Assembly: GCA_013239625.1 (NCBI GenBank)
Contig: MU055362.1
Coordinates: 17,827,448-17,891,447, forward strand
Direction of reading: 5' to 3'
Length of the DNA stretch: 64,000 nt
Source: Lama guanicoe
Taxonomy: Eukaryota
The position numbers were made by a program, and so were the translations under genes. Positions within the stretch are counted from its first letter, which is position 1; every line of letters starts with the position of its first letter. Under the pieces are notes generated by a model. That model did not search any database and had not been told where the DNA came from. It worked only from the letters and a program-made list of their open reading frames with translations. This document shows, one piece after another, positions 29,231-42,540 of this stretch.

Positions 29231-30945
29231 TGGGGCATCTTAGCCAGTTACACAATCCAGGCTATAAGACCTCTGTCAAATATTCTGAGTTTAATAATGA
29301 CATTTACAGAACACATTTCAAAAAAATTCATAAGGGTTTTTTAGTACCTTTATAACTTATTACCTATTAATCACAGCTTTAATACCTTTCCCAGATAATC
29401 ATTAAGATACACCTTTCCATCTAATTTGTCACTTATCCTGAACGCAAATTACTCCTGGACTTAAAGTTCTGGAACTTCAGTCGGTTGGACAGGAAAAGCC
29501 CTTGCTACCAGTCATGGGGACTTTCGCCAGAAAACTCACCCCTTTAGTTTCCTCAAAAACTATCTCCATGTTTAAAAAAAAAAAAGAGGAGATGGGGTTT
29601 CTCCCATTTTTTCCTACCTCCACTTCTGAGGAAGGTCTGCAAGGAGAGGGCTTCAGGGCTAGAAGAGGGAGAAGAATCATGGGCTTCGGTTTTCTGAGGT
29701 TTAACCTCATTGTCACTTGTTAAGTGTCCGCAATCATACACACTGTGAGTGTTAGCTGGGTTAGTTCCTAAAGTCACTTCACCCTGGCTCTGTCAGCTCT
29801 GATTTCCCTAAACTCCCCCTAACATCCTAAAGACTTGAGGGCTGGGACTCTGGAGACAGACAGACTCAGTCTGAAGCTTAGTTCTGCCACATACCAGCCA
29901 TAAGACCTTATACTCCTCAAGGGTAAATCGGGGATGACACAGTACCCATCTTTTAAGGTGGCTGTAGGACTGAGTGAATAATGCAGACCAAGGACTTAGA
30001 GTGTGTGGCAACCCCCCCACCTCTGCCACCAGTCATTATCCCAGCCCACCCCCCAGGTTCGGCCCCTCCCTCTGGTAACTTTCCATGGTTACTTTTATCA
30101 ACGATGTGTCTTAGCTCAGGGTGTCTGCAGAGTTCTGGAACACAGAAAGCCAGCCAGCACACACTGCCCCCAAATAATCAGGGTGAGTGTTCTCAACAGA
30201 AGGACAGGAACTTTTTCCACCTTTGTGATTTCAATATGCCTCTCACAGAGGGCCCAGCCTGCAATAGGGACAACAGTTACCAAGTGAACTCGTTGTTTGG
30301 TTAGACTTGGGTAAATGGGATTCCCTCCTGATCTCAAGTGCGTAATGGTTTGCAGAATGCTAGCAAACAAAACAAACAAAATAAAACCTATCAAAGCAAG
30401 ACAAAGGAGGAAATCTTAGGGTGTTTCTGTCCAATACCAATCGTATGAAGGGTATGAAGAAACAGCTCTCCTCTTTAATTACAGGCCAATAAGCATTGCT
30501 ACCTCTCTCAACCACACTTGCAAGGCAGTTCTCTTCAAACAGCTCAGTGACGTCAAGGGGGTGTAATAATTACTACAGACAATTTTCAGCTAAAATACAG
30601 ACTGGATTGTGTTTTAGACTTTAAATATTAAGGTGTAAAATCTTACACATATGTAAAATCATAGCATGATTTCTTTTACACACTTGGTTTAGTAATCTTG
30701 AACAAACAAAATCAACCTGGTGTCAATGGCAGGGGACCCAAAGGCAACAGTCCTGCCAGCAATTGTCTCAGGTAAGCTAACTCCCTATTGCTTTGTGCCT
30801 CACTTTCTCCACGTGAAAAATGGGCATCAGGAAATCTTAATGAAAAATTATGGTTCAAACCAACAAATGAACAATAATGGTGACAAACTGTGAATAGAAT
30901 AAAGCTAACTGAAACCAGGGCCTTGAGGAAGTCGGGGAACAATTA

Positions 30946-31293
<348 letters not shown>

Positions 31294-34200
31294 TTACAGA
31301 AGTCCTGCAGAACGTTTAGGTGATGGCAACACTGGGTGGTGGAACCGGGCCCTCACCCTTCCCATCAGAGCCCAGGAAAATGCTCGGCTACATCATTTAC
31401 GAGCAGCAAATACCTAAGGACCTCAGGGCTCCACTCACCTTAGGCTCCTCCTGCTCCCCAGGACCTCCATCAGCGAGGAGCAGGGCAGAGGTGGCCCACG
31501 GTCTCTCTTGGCTCTGGGGTAAGCGCAGGAGATGAGGACCCTGCCGTGCGTCAAGGTTGCTACCCCAGACCATGAGACCTTCTACTAGGGTGTTATTTTA
31601 TATAAACTCCATTCACACACCGTCTTTTAGATAGGCGGAGGCCTTAGGTTTGCCCTAAAAACCACCTGTCACAGCACAGATACCAGCCCTCACTGTGGGG
31701 TAACTCAGGCCCGCCCCAACACTGGCAGGGCCGGGGACCCTTGGAGGCCCACAAACCACATAGATAGGTATCTGAGTCACATCAATAAACTGTTAAAATA
31801 CATTGTAGTCTCCCTTGTCCTTGACAAATATACCTCCTTAACCTGGAAAGCCAGGTCAGACCTAAAGAATTTTGTGCCAGAAAATGGGCTGTACTGGGAG
31901 AAGCAGCCTTGTCGCAGGGCTTCGTGGCCCCGTCTCCCAGAGCTGTTGGGGTGGGGAGTTCGGGGTTCCCGTACCTGAAACGGGGTCTAGAAAGAAGAAC
32001 TCAGCTCTGGGTGATATGTCTCTTTGGCTCTGTGAACTCCTCACCCCACAGAGAGGGCTGGGACTGAGGAGGGCCAAAGTGGGGCCCCCTGAAGTGTGGG
32101 TCTCGGGCAAGGCTCTCTCGAAGCCCAAAGACGGGAGACTAGAATAACCCTCCCGGCCTTTTGTCAAAGGCCTCCTAAATGTTCAGAGTCTGCCTCTTTT
32201 TCCATTTTCAAGAACCACTTCTTGGGAAAGTTCAATTAAGCCCACATCACTCGGTATCAGAGTGGGCCAGGCGAACTACGCTCTCAGGGCTCACAGAAGG
32301 GAAGTGCTTCAGGTGGCCCAGCATTGGCTCAACCACGGAACAACCCCCAGTGAGAGACTGTGGAGCCCCTCCCACCCGCTGCTTCCCAACTGACGCCACT
32401 CTGCATTTCTTCCCCAAAAAAGAGAAAATGCGAGGCTCTCAGCCTCTCCTAACACAGATTCAGTTCAGGGGCGCAAATGAAGAGTCTGATTCCTCAGAGA
32501 TTCTGCTCCTTTGTTCTTTCAGGGAAGAATCTTGGGAATTTAATTCTGCCTCCTAAGATAGTGCTGCCATCAATCAAAATGTTTGATTAGCATCTCTTTG
32601 GAGTGATTTCTGGAGGTCTGACGATCCATTTAGCTGGCAAGATGTTATTGTTGTCTGACAAGCCATGTATCAGAAAGATTAAAATGACAATGGGTTGAAT
32701 CATTTTCTCATTAGAGCATAGTAATCGCGGCCTTGATAGGATTATGGAATTAAGGGTTCCACTTCCAGCCTTCCCCTTCCCAGAGAGTGTCATTCACATA
32801 TATGCTGTTACTGACACCAGAAACCTGGGAGCTACCGTGACTGCTGCCAACTGTCAGCCCCACAACAAGTCCACTTCTGACATCATAAACTCATCTGCCT
32901 CTGTCTCTGTCTCTGTCTCCACTCAAGTCCCAGTTACCACCACCTTCGCCTGGACCACAATCTGGTCTCCCCACTTAAAATCTTATAATCTGTTCTCACC
33001 TCAGCTGTCAAAAGCACATTTTAAAAACACAAATCAGCTTCCTGTTGAATCTAAATAAAATCCACACTCCTTGCTGTGACCCCTAAAACCTACCTCCTCA
33101 CCCCGGTGACCTGACCCCTGCTTTCCTGTCTGATCTCATCGTGGGGCTCCCTTTCCCTCCCTACATTTTCTGCTCTAAACTACTGGCCACCTTGGGGATC
33201 CTCAATCATGCTAGCATCCCCCACCTCAGCAGATGTCATTTCCCCTGCTCCCCCCACCTCCTCTCATCTCATCCCCCCACCCCTGCTCCTCCTTTTCAGT
33301 CATTAGGTCAAAAGACCTGTCTTTTCTGGTCGTTGCTGTACATCTAGGACCTAGCACACTGCCTGGCCCAGAGTAGGCACTCTATTAAAAAAAAAAAAAG
33401 GTACAGAATGAACAAATCAGCACCTTAGAGTCCCTGAAGGGGTTTTTACTTAGAATCTAAATTTTGTTTTAAAAAAGGTTTTTGGGCTCTCAGATCATCA
33501 TGGAATCAGAAGGCCTTACCCCTGTAACCTAAGTCACTCGGGGGAAGCTGACTTCTCTAAGTAAGGGGTGGGTAGAGGGACACTCCAGAAATGCAATGGA
33601 GAAAGTACACAGTATACAGTGAGAGTCCAAGGGCACCAAGAAGCCTCAGGACTCGGCTCCATAACTTGAGGAAGAGGCTGCAGGAGCATCAGGACCTTCT
33701 GTTTGTCTGTCTGTTTGTTTAACGAAAGTATGTGAAAAGGGAGTCCTACAGTCAGGTCTCTAAGGCCCTACTTATCCACTTGGTGACACCAGAGTGACCA
33801 GGAACCACAAGGGACAGTGATGGTGCCACGGAGAAGAGAGTGAAGCACCAAGCTATTAGGCAGAAAAATCCTCATTTCATTTCTAGTCTTGGTCCTTTGA
33901 AAACAAACAGATGAGTTCTGGCTTGTCTAGCCCCCCTGTGGCGGCTCTAAGGTAGTGGCGGACTAAGTAAGTTGGTGGTGCTTCCTGGGGGCTGGTTGTT
34001 GTGGAAAAGGTGGGCAGGCAGTCCTGCAGGAGTGCAGCTTTGGTGGTGTGAGGAGAGTCTGGAAAACTGCACCTTGCCCTAGTGGGTCTTGTCCTCAATT
34101 CGTTTGGAACAAGGAGAGAGTGTGAGCAGAGCCTTGTGGCTCACCCTGAGAAATAACCACTGCACCTTGATAACCTTCCACTTTGCCTGGTGGGACATGT

Positions 34201-36340
34201 GCTTCACACACCTCACATCGGCTGTTCTACACCCTCATCCCTTACATCACAATTCCAGGCAGGCTCAGAGAGGACAACAGGGAAACACAACTCCATCTTA
34301 TCCACTAGACAACTTCTGCCTGAATCACTTCCAACAGCTTCATCCCTCTTCTCCACAAGGCTCTCATCCTCACTGGCACCCAGCACAGGCATATCAACCT
34401 GTCGTCACTCACAGGGACAGCCCATCAAACATAAGCGACATCACTGTTGTGTTTGGAGGAAAAACATCTTTTTTTTTAAGTAAAAATAATGCTATTGAAG
34501 GTTATTCATAAAACCCCAAAGGTTTCCCAACACCAAAAAATGCAACAGTCTTACAAATGTCAGGTCTATAAAAGCAATTTTTAAATGAAAAAGGAACCCT
34601 CACTTCATGACAAAGAAAGTCCCAGCTTCTCTGAGTGTTGTGTGAGATCAATGTTTTCGTGTCCCAGAGCCTGACATTCCTCAATAGGTGGGATGCTGAT
34701 GACTCGGCATTTTGGTAATTGTGCACATACACTCAGAGGTTTCTAGCAAGGGAAATGGAAATGCTTTTAATAAAAAAAAAAAAAAAGAGGAGAAATCAGT
34801 AACAGACAAGTGTCCCAGAAGCATGGCAAACTAGTTCAAGTTGTCTGATTCCCCTTGGCGTTTCCTAAGAGCACAGAGGCACGGCTTGGGGGAGTGAAGC
34901 GAGAAGGAAAACCCCAAGCTCAGTGCAAAGAGGTCTAAGAGGGGACAGATCAGTGACACCTAAAACTGACCAAAGGACCGCTCAACAGGGGGCAGGCCAG
35001 GCCATCAACATTTCCCTTGCCCAGGAGTGGGCAAGGGATACATCATATCCTCAAGCTGGCCCTGGAGAGACTGGGTGGCAGAGGGCAGGGTTTTCTGCTC
35101 TAGACCCCCAAGTACTGTGGGGAAATGTGGCAGACCTCATTCCTGCAGACTGCGTGGTCAGTCTGCAAGAGATATCTGCCCAGGATAGCAAGCTGGAATT
35201 ACTGAGACTGGGTGGAGAAGACACTGGGGTAAAATTGGGTCGGGGTGGGAGAGGGGGTGAAAGAGGACTTCACACTGAAGTTGGGGCTGGATGGAATCTC
35301 CCCTCATTCTGCACTGACAGGCAGGAGCCCTGAAAACCTCTGTGCAGCTCTGGGAGTCCTGCTTTCCTCATGACACCCATGTCTGGAGAGCCTTTGCAAC
35401 CCTATCCCAGGAGTGGGACCCAGGATACAGAAGAACACTCCCCTCCTCTTTTCAGCCTGGGGAGTTGAGAGGAAGCAGGGTTCAGGGGCTGCTCGCTTAC
35501 ATCTTTTGGAGCATCAGTGAGGGGCAAGGGGGAACGGCTCACTTCAGTCATCGTCACTGTGCCCCAGGCCATCTGTGGTCTCCAACTGGATGGAGGAGTT
35601 TAATTACATAGGCTTATATGAGTACAAACTAGGATTATTAAAATTCATCATTCTGGGGTAATAGTCAACATCAGACAACCGAATGTCAAAAGCTCTCTGT
35701 CAAAGCTGCAATGCGAACTCCGCAAATCAGCCCAAGTTAGGAGCCCAGATGAACTTGCTCACGTTACACAGAGCTTTAATGGTTCCCAAATGTTTACTAC
35801 GCAAGAGCCAGCCCAAAGGAATATTTCCACTTACCACATTTCACAAAGTGAAAAGATTATTTTTAGGTACTCCCTTTATATTCTGGGAAAAAACTGTCCT
35901 CATTGATCTCAAAGTATATTACAGATGGACAATCAAGTGTTGAAAAAAGACCCTTGCTCGAGACCTCTCTCCTGTCTCTGTGCTTTTGTGGATTTGGAAG
36001 GATTGTCATGGGGAACTTGAAATCATCTCCATCATCAGGAGAAGAAAGAGAAGAATGAATGTGGGGAAAGGGAATGATAACTGTACTGGGACCATGTACT
36101 CTCAGTGGGTTGATCAGAAGTTTGGTTTTTAAATGAAAGCACCTGCAAAGCTGACTAATTACACCACACTCTGGAGGTAATCCTCAGACCACTCCGTTAT
36201 TCTTATTTCAAACTAACACATAGAAGGAAACTCCCTGTGGGTAATGGTGGCAAGATTTGACGCAGGGACCACTGGCCTCCATCCAATGTGAGCACCGTAA
36301 TTCATTAGCACCGCTGCTTTCAAAATGCAAACAAGTCACA

Positions 36341-36356
36341 GCCCTCTAGAGGGCGC
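36341..36356 (+). promoter_or_regulatory. CTCF-like motif within a perfect 14-bp palindrome
   Basis: GCCCTCTAGAGGGC-GC; CCTCTAGAGGGCGC has one mismatch to the core. Confidence 0.5.
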
Positions 36357-38576
36357 AACGTGCCCACATTCAGAGGGCAGCAAGGTTCCGGGCAGTAGAG
36401 CAGGACCTAGGAGACTTAGATTCCAGTCCTCAGCCCTCCACCTACTTACTACACCTCTGACACTGACCCAATGGCTTAATTTCTCAGAGCTGTTTCCTGA
36501 CCTGTTGCTTCCCAACAATGATTCCTGCCCATCTCCTAAGGTGGTTGCAGGGATCAACTACAGTAACAAAGGTCTTTTTAAACTTAAAGGCCCTATTAAT
36601 TTCCAGGGTTTATCTTTTTCCCCATGTAAGATGGGGTTAAGACATCATATACATGAATAAATATTTCTAGATCATAAATTAAGTATGGGGCCAGAATGTG
36701 CCCAGGACTGCTTTCTACAAAAATGTGATGACTGTAGCTTCTTCTTCTGCTGATATGGAACGGAAGTAAAGGTGACAGTGGAAATACCAAAATATAGGTC
36801 CTGGGGATGTCACTCAATCATGGTGGGCTATAGAGACCAGATAACAGCAGGTGGGGCGAAGAGGGCCTCAGGAGGAGCAAGGTGCTCCCACCTCTCATTT
36901 TCTCCTGCTGCACCCGCCACTGCCCAGCTCTGCAGAGTTAAACCAGGGGTGGGGAGAAGCTGGCCTTGCTCTCCCCTCTCTCCTGCTCACCTGTTTCCTG
37001 TTGGGTTGAACACCCAGTCATGGAAACTGGGGGGAAGGTTAAAAGAGCTCTCAGGAGCACATGGCACCAGCCAGGGTTGGGCTGGAAGTCTCAGTCCCTC
37101 CTAGGGGGACTGCACAGCAGAAGTAGTCACCTTAATTTCTGCCTAACACCGGGTTACTACGAACTAGAAGTAATCTTCCTTTAACGAGAAAGTCACAATT
37201 AACTAGACTGTCTCATTAACTGAGGGTTAACTAAAAAGAAAAATATGGCCCTGCTCTCATGCTTTCATCCCTTTTTTAAAAAAAATGCTTTGATCTTTTT
37301 GGTTGGAAATCTTTAAAAAATGTGTATCTTCCCTTTCTGTCAAAACTTCATAGCACATTCTTCATTCACCAAGATTCCACATGTGAAGGATCTTGAAGGT
37401 CCATGATGTGGTCATTTCTAATTCTGTTGGCATGCAGTTAGCTGGTGAGGGCACCAGACTGGCATCTCACATTGACCATGCTCCTGTAGTCATCATGAAG
37501 GCATGAGCTCTCACAAAGAGGGGAAAATTGTTACTTCTTGGTGGAAAATCACTATCACATAGACAAAAAACTTCGGTGAAATTTGAGAAGGTGGTTAATT
37601 CATCTTGTACAGATAAACATGGGGACCAGATGGCTTTTGATGGAAAAATGCAATTTGGGAGACAGGAGAAGTCAACATGAGTACTTCTGGTGGTGCAGAT
37701 TCGGGGGTTTGGGGTCTCAGGACACAGCCTTTTTGAATGCTGAGGGTCTACTGTACAGATAGTGAAACATAACTGGATTCTTGATGACAAGACATGGTGA
37801 GGCCTCAGAACCATTACCACAGCTTTGGGATAAGGAAGAAAAATGTAGAAGGTATGGGAAATTAGTCTGTGTTCTAATTTCAGTGTAACTTAACGAATAA
37901 ATTCTTAGTTTGGTCCTTACTTGATCTGTGACCCTAAGAGATCAACTTCTAGAGATGAAAACAAAACAAACACTTGATTGATTGTTCAGATTTGTTATAT
38001 TCTACTCAATGCTTGAATTACTGTGTGGCTGTATGAGGAGCTGCTTTACTCAATTAAAAAGAAACCCAATAACTTTCATTTAATTAACAAGAAAGGCCAA
38101 ACCTAATGGAAAGTTGTTTTGAAATTTTTACATATTGCATCCTTCGTACGAGCAGAGCCAGAGAGAATACAGTCACTACACAGTAACGTTACTAGGAAAA
38201 TGAGGATGAGAAGAAAAGGTGGGAAAAAAACAGGAAAAGAAATACTGTTTCTTCCTGTTTTTCTCCTGTTGCACTCATCCCTCCATTCTGCAGTCAGACA
38301 AGTGACAAGGAAAAACTCACACCAACCCTCACCCCACCATTTTTCCATCTATGCACATAGACACATCCCTGGGAGCTAAGTTCACAAGTGAGACCATTGA
38401 ACCAGCAAGACCTGGGCAGTGAATACGACTGACTGTTACCAGTGCCATATGCTATGCCTCAGTCATGGGAGTGCCTGTTGGGAGAGACTAGTTTTCATGC
38501 GGGACAGTGACAGAGACCAAAGGCCTCTTGCAAACCCCATAGATCTACGGAGACCGAGACACTCATGCATGTTTAC

Positions 38577-38639
38577 CTGGGGAGCCTGCCAGAGAGTCCC
38601 CTCTGCTGAAGGCGAAGGTACGAGACACAGAGACAGGCA
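38577..38639 (-). CDS. CNNM1: CNNM1 63-nt frame-preserving cassette exon between exons 6 and 7
   Basis: tcttaag|TGCCTGTC...TCCCCAG|gtaaac; phase 1/1; LPVSVSRTFAFSRGDSLAGSP, similar to the alternatively spliced exon 6 of CNNM2 (LSVSRTFVVSR...AGSP). Confidence 0.88.
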
Positions 38640-41600
38640 CTTAAGAGTCAAGGGCCAAGGATTTGAGTTGCAAAGGGGAAGATAAACACAGAAGGAGAGA
38701 GACAAAGAGCAAAGTGGGTGAGACAGTCTGTTCCCAGATTTTCACAACATCACATTTCTCTGACAAAGGCAATCTTGTCTCTGAAAGCATGGAAATCACA
38801 CCCTCTTACAGAGCCACTCTCCAGAAAGAAGAAAATAAAGTGGACATTGCTGAACACCTTCCAAAAAGATGCACAATAACCTTAGAGGGTATCAGACCTG
38901 CCAATGACAAGAACAGGCAGTGCCCCAGCGGGGACGTAGCGTTCTCCCTGCGGCTGCCTTTTTGAGCCAGCAAATACACTGGGAGCCCAGCACTGCATCT
39001 CCACCAGGGTCTCCCAGTTGCACAGGTCTCCTGCTCACCTGCAGGAGGATTGAAAGAGAAGTGCATACTCCCACTAGGGGCATCCATCTTCGAGGAAGCT
39101 GTCTCCTGTCTCAGACTCTTAGGAGTTCCCTCTGTGATCACAGTGCTGGGGAGGAACTGTGCATGGCTAGAGACTTGGGACACGGGCAGGGCAGCATCTC
39201 TAACAATCTCATTGTGAATCAACTTGATGAATTAAGTCATAGTCACTTCTTAGCAAGTACAAGTGCTCCAAAGCACCTCTCTTCCTATTCCCCTTTCCTT
39301 CTCTTTCCCCACAGAGTCTGAAATGGTGCTGGCTATCACTCGGAACCTAGGTGGGGTGGGGTGGAGTGTGTAGCAATACTCCAGTCCTTCTCCAATCTTG
39401 ACCCTGATTACCGAGTGCTTCTGTATTGGTATCTGTCTTTATCTCTCTCATCTGATCATTCCCAGGGTCCCTTCCAAGGAGCTAAATGAAGTCAGTCTGC
39501 AAGTGACAGCGCACCAAAATAAGCAGCTTCCGCGGTCCTAGTTGCTGCACCCAACGATTGTCCTGAAGTTACCCATGAGAGCAACGGAGTCGGGAGGGGG
39601 AGCTTTATATCTACCTGCTAATCATATACTTTGACATGAGATGTCAAAGAATATTTGAACGGTTCCTAGTGTTGCAAGACACACTGGAGTAAGAAACCCC
39701 ATTGTCTCAAGAAGAATCCTAGCACTTCTGGACCACCAATTAACTGTACACCCTGCTAAGCAGATAGGAGACTTGTTCTCTCCCTGACTGCACACCCCTG
39801 TGGGCATCTGTTCTGGCCACATTGAGCTCAGGCCCCATTCCTCCAGAATGTTGGGCTCACCATGGTCCTCCTGGGTTCCCTGGCAATCAGAACCAAGATA
39901 AAGGAGACAGCCAGCTGTGTTCCCCTCACACTGCACAGGAACACCAGAAGGACTCACTTGTAACCTCAAGTTCAACTCTGAGGCATCACAGGGCCACTGT
40001 TCTGGCAAATTCATCATCTCATTTATCACCCTCAAGGGGAGAAAGCTATAGGCTGGCATCAAGGACAGGGGTAGTTTGGTAGCCTAAGACCCTACAAGAG
40101 TTTACTGCCTTGTGGCTCAGCCTTAATCTCTCCCTCTATCTACAGGTGAGGTTGTTGGCCAGTGAAAGATACTGAGTGGCTGGCCCTGGGCTGAGAGTGC
40201 ACCTGGGACAAGCGTGGGGTGTGGTGGTCTTTGCAGTTAGTTCACACCCACTCCACTAAGTGGGGAGGCCTTGCGGGAAGAAAGGAAAATTCGCTATACC
40301 CCTACAAGCTAATATGAGTTCTTTTTCCTCCTGAAGATTGGTAAAGATGCTCAGAAGTGTGAGGAGGGAAAGAGAGTTAATATTTTCTTTTAATCAGTTT
40401 TGAAGGAGAGATTAGTGTTGCAAGTTTACTGTTTCACTGATAAAATGGAAGAATTCTTATAGAAAGAATTAGAGACAGGAAGGAAGGAAAAGAGGAAGCC
40501 AGATAACATCTTCCTACTACTTAGAAAAAATTATATATATTTTAAAAGAAAGTCATCTAAATTAGGGGTAGCTTTTCCCCCCCAGAGCTCCCACCTCTTT
40601 TGATTTTGTGGAAGAGCCAGAACATGGCCAGCCTGTCTAGGTAACATTTAGAATCCGAGGTGTTACTCTGCCTTGAGCAATCCCCAATGTGATGGATGGT
40701 GGAAATCTCCTTTAGAAGACTGAGGTTTACCTGGTCCTGTAGACCATCCCCTCCCATCTAGACTTCCTGTTCTGGGTAACGATGCTTCCTTCATCAACCT
40801 TAACTGAGATTTGTTGGCTTTTATAAGTATCCTAATGTACCAGGGCTTTTTATTTTCCAGATCTCCTTCAACTCATGTTGGGCCACCCCCTGGGTATGGA
40901 CAGCAACTTCAATTTCATTTCAGCCTCTGCTGGGCTAGGATGTAAAATTGCACTATAAATTGGTCCAATATTCTCACCTAGGAAGTGCATTCTGGAACAT
41001 GATAGATCTAAAAATCTGTATTTCACTGTGCTGTGTGAACTAGTCAGAACATCAGAATGCATCGAGGAAAATCACCAACTTGCTGGGTGATTTGGAGCAA
41101 GTCATCTCTTTAGTGTCTCTGCATTAAAGTGGTATCTACCTGTCATGTGCCAGGAATTATGAGACCAAGCTGTGGGACCCTGTGATAAATCCCAATATAA
41201 AGCACTATGTAAAATCTTTTTTTATGATGAGGAAAAAAACACCCATTTGGCATTAAAATAGCCACTATAAACACTAAGACCTGAAAGCAATGCAAAATTC
41301 AGACCAGTGAACTAAAAAGAAATCTAGAGGAATAAGGCTTTCTGGATCACACGTGTATCACAATAAATGCCATGCCCTCTACACACAAGTGCAATGACTA
41401 TGCAGGAAACAGAGAGAAGGTAGAGCACAGAGGGGCAGAGCACGCCCGCCAGCAGCCCTGTGCCAGTCCCCACCATCAGCATGCACGGCCAGCTGCAAAC
41501 TCTCCACCAGCTGAGATGTGGTGAATGAGGAAAGAGAAGCAGGCAAGCAACATATGCAACAGCCTGGGACTTACGTCCTAAGATCCTGCAGTCATTTCTT

Positions 41601-42019
41601 ACTAACCCCGACAGACGCAGTAATAACACATTACGGGTTGCAAGTAAAGGACAGTGGGTGAACTATCACAGCAGAGGAGGGAAGCTGAACCCTCACCAGA
41701 GCACACAGACCACCTGCCTGCATTCCCTGGCAGGTGACAGTAAATGGTGCCTCCCCTCACAAACTCCCCCACCCCACCATTCATCACTTGCATATGAGCA
41801 GAGAAGCAGCAGAAAACATTCCAGACACACAGAAACTAAGCCCCCTGTGGTCCGTGGGTACCTGGCAGAAAGCAGTGTTCCTGGCAGAGCTTTACAAAAA
41901 GGCTGCCAGCATTTGTGTTAGCCCCAGCCCAGGCTGAGAGTGCTGGGTCCAGGTCCCCAGAGTGGGCTGAGGCAGGACTATGGCAGGGGAGACGAGGGAG
42001 GGGGTTGAGAGATACATAC

Positions 42020-42067
42020 GAAAGACAGAGGATCCAGCCAGACTTCCAACCTTCCGCACATCGTTAT
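42020..42067 (-). CDS. CNNM1: CNNM1 exon 6 (48 nt)
   Basis: ccttag|ATAACGAT...GTCTTTC|gtatgt; DNDVRKVGSLAGSSVFL. Confidence 0.93.
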
Positions 42068-42399
42068 CTAAGGACAGAAGGATGCAGTGTGTTTCAGAGG
42101 CAATGCAGAAAACACACCTTCTTAAAGGAATTCTCCCTCTTCCTCCCCACCCATGGCACTAATCAACCCTTTAAAAATAGGTGGAATCAGGTAGAATTGT
42201 AAAAAGTAAAATAAACTTGTCTTTTCATATTGAAAATTACCACTATCTATTCCTAACACTTGATAATGTCACAGTCTACCACATACTTCTACTTCTAAAG
42301 CCCCGGAAGTTAAAAGGTTTGTCCAGGGTCCATAAAAGGAGTCAAGACTTGAACCCAGATGCATTTTCTACACAATCCCACTGCTTCCCCAATAAGCTA

Positions 42400-42540
<141 letters not shown>

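Noticed and set aside
39071-39083. CTCF-like CCACTAGGGGCAT (also CCACTAGGGGTAG near 6493)
   Set aside because: The G-run is one base short of the core spacing, so these are weak matches.
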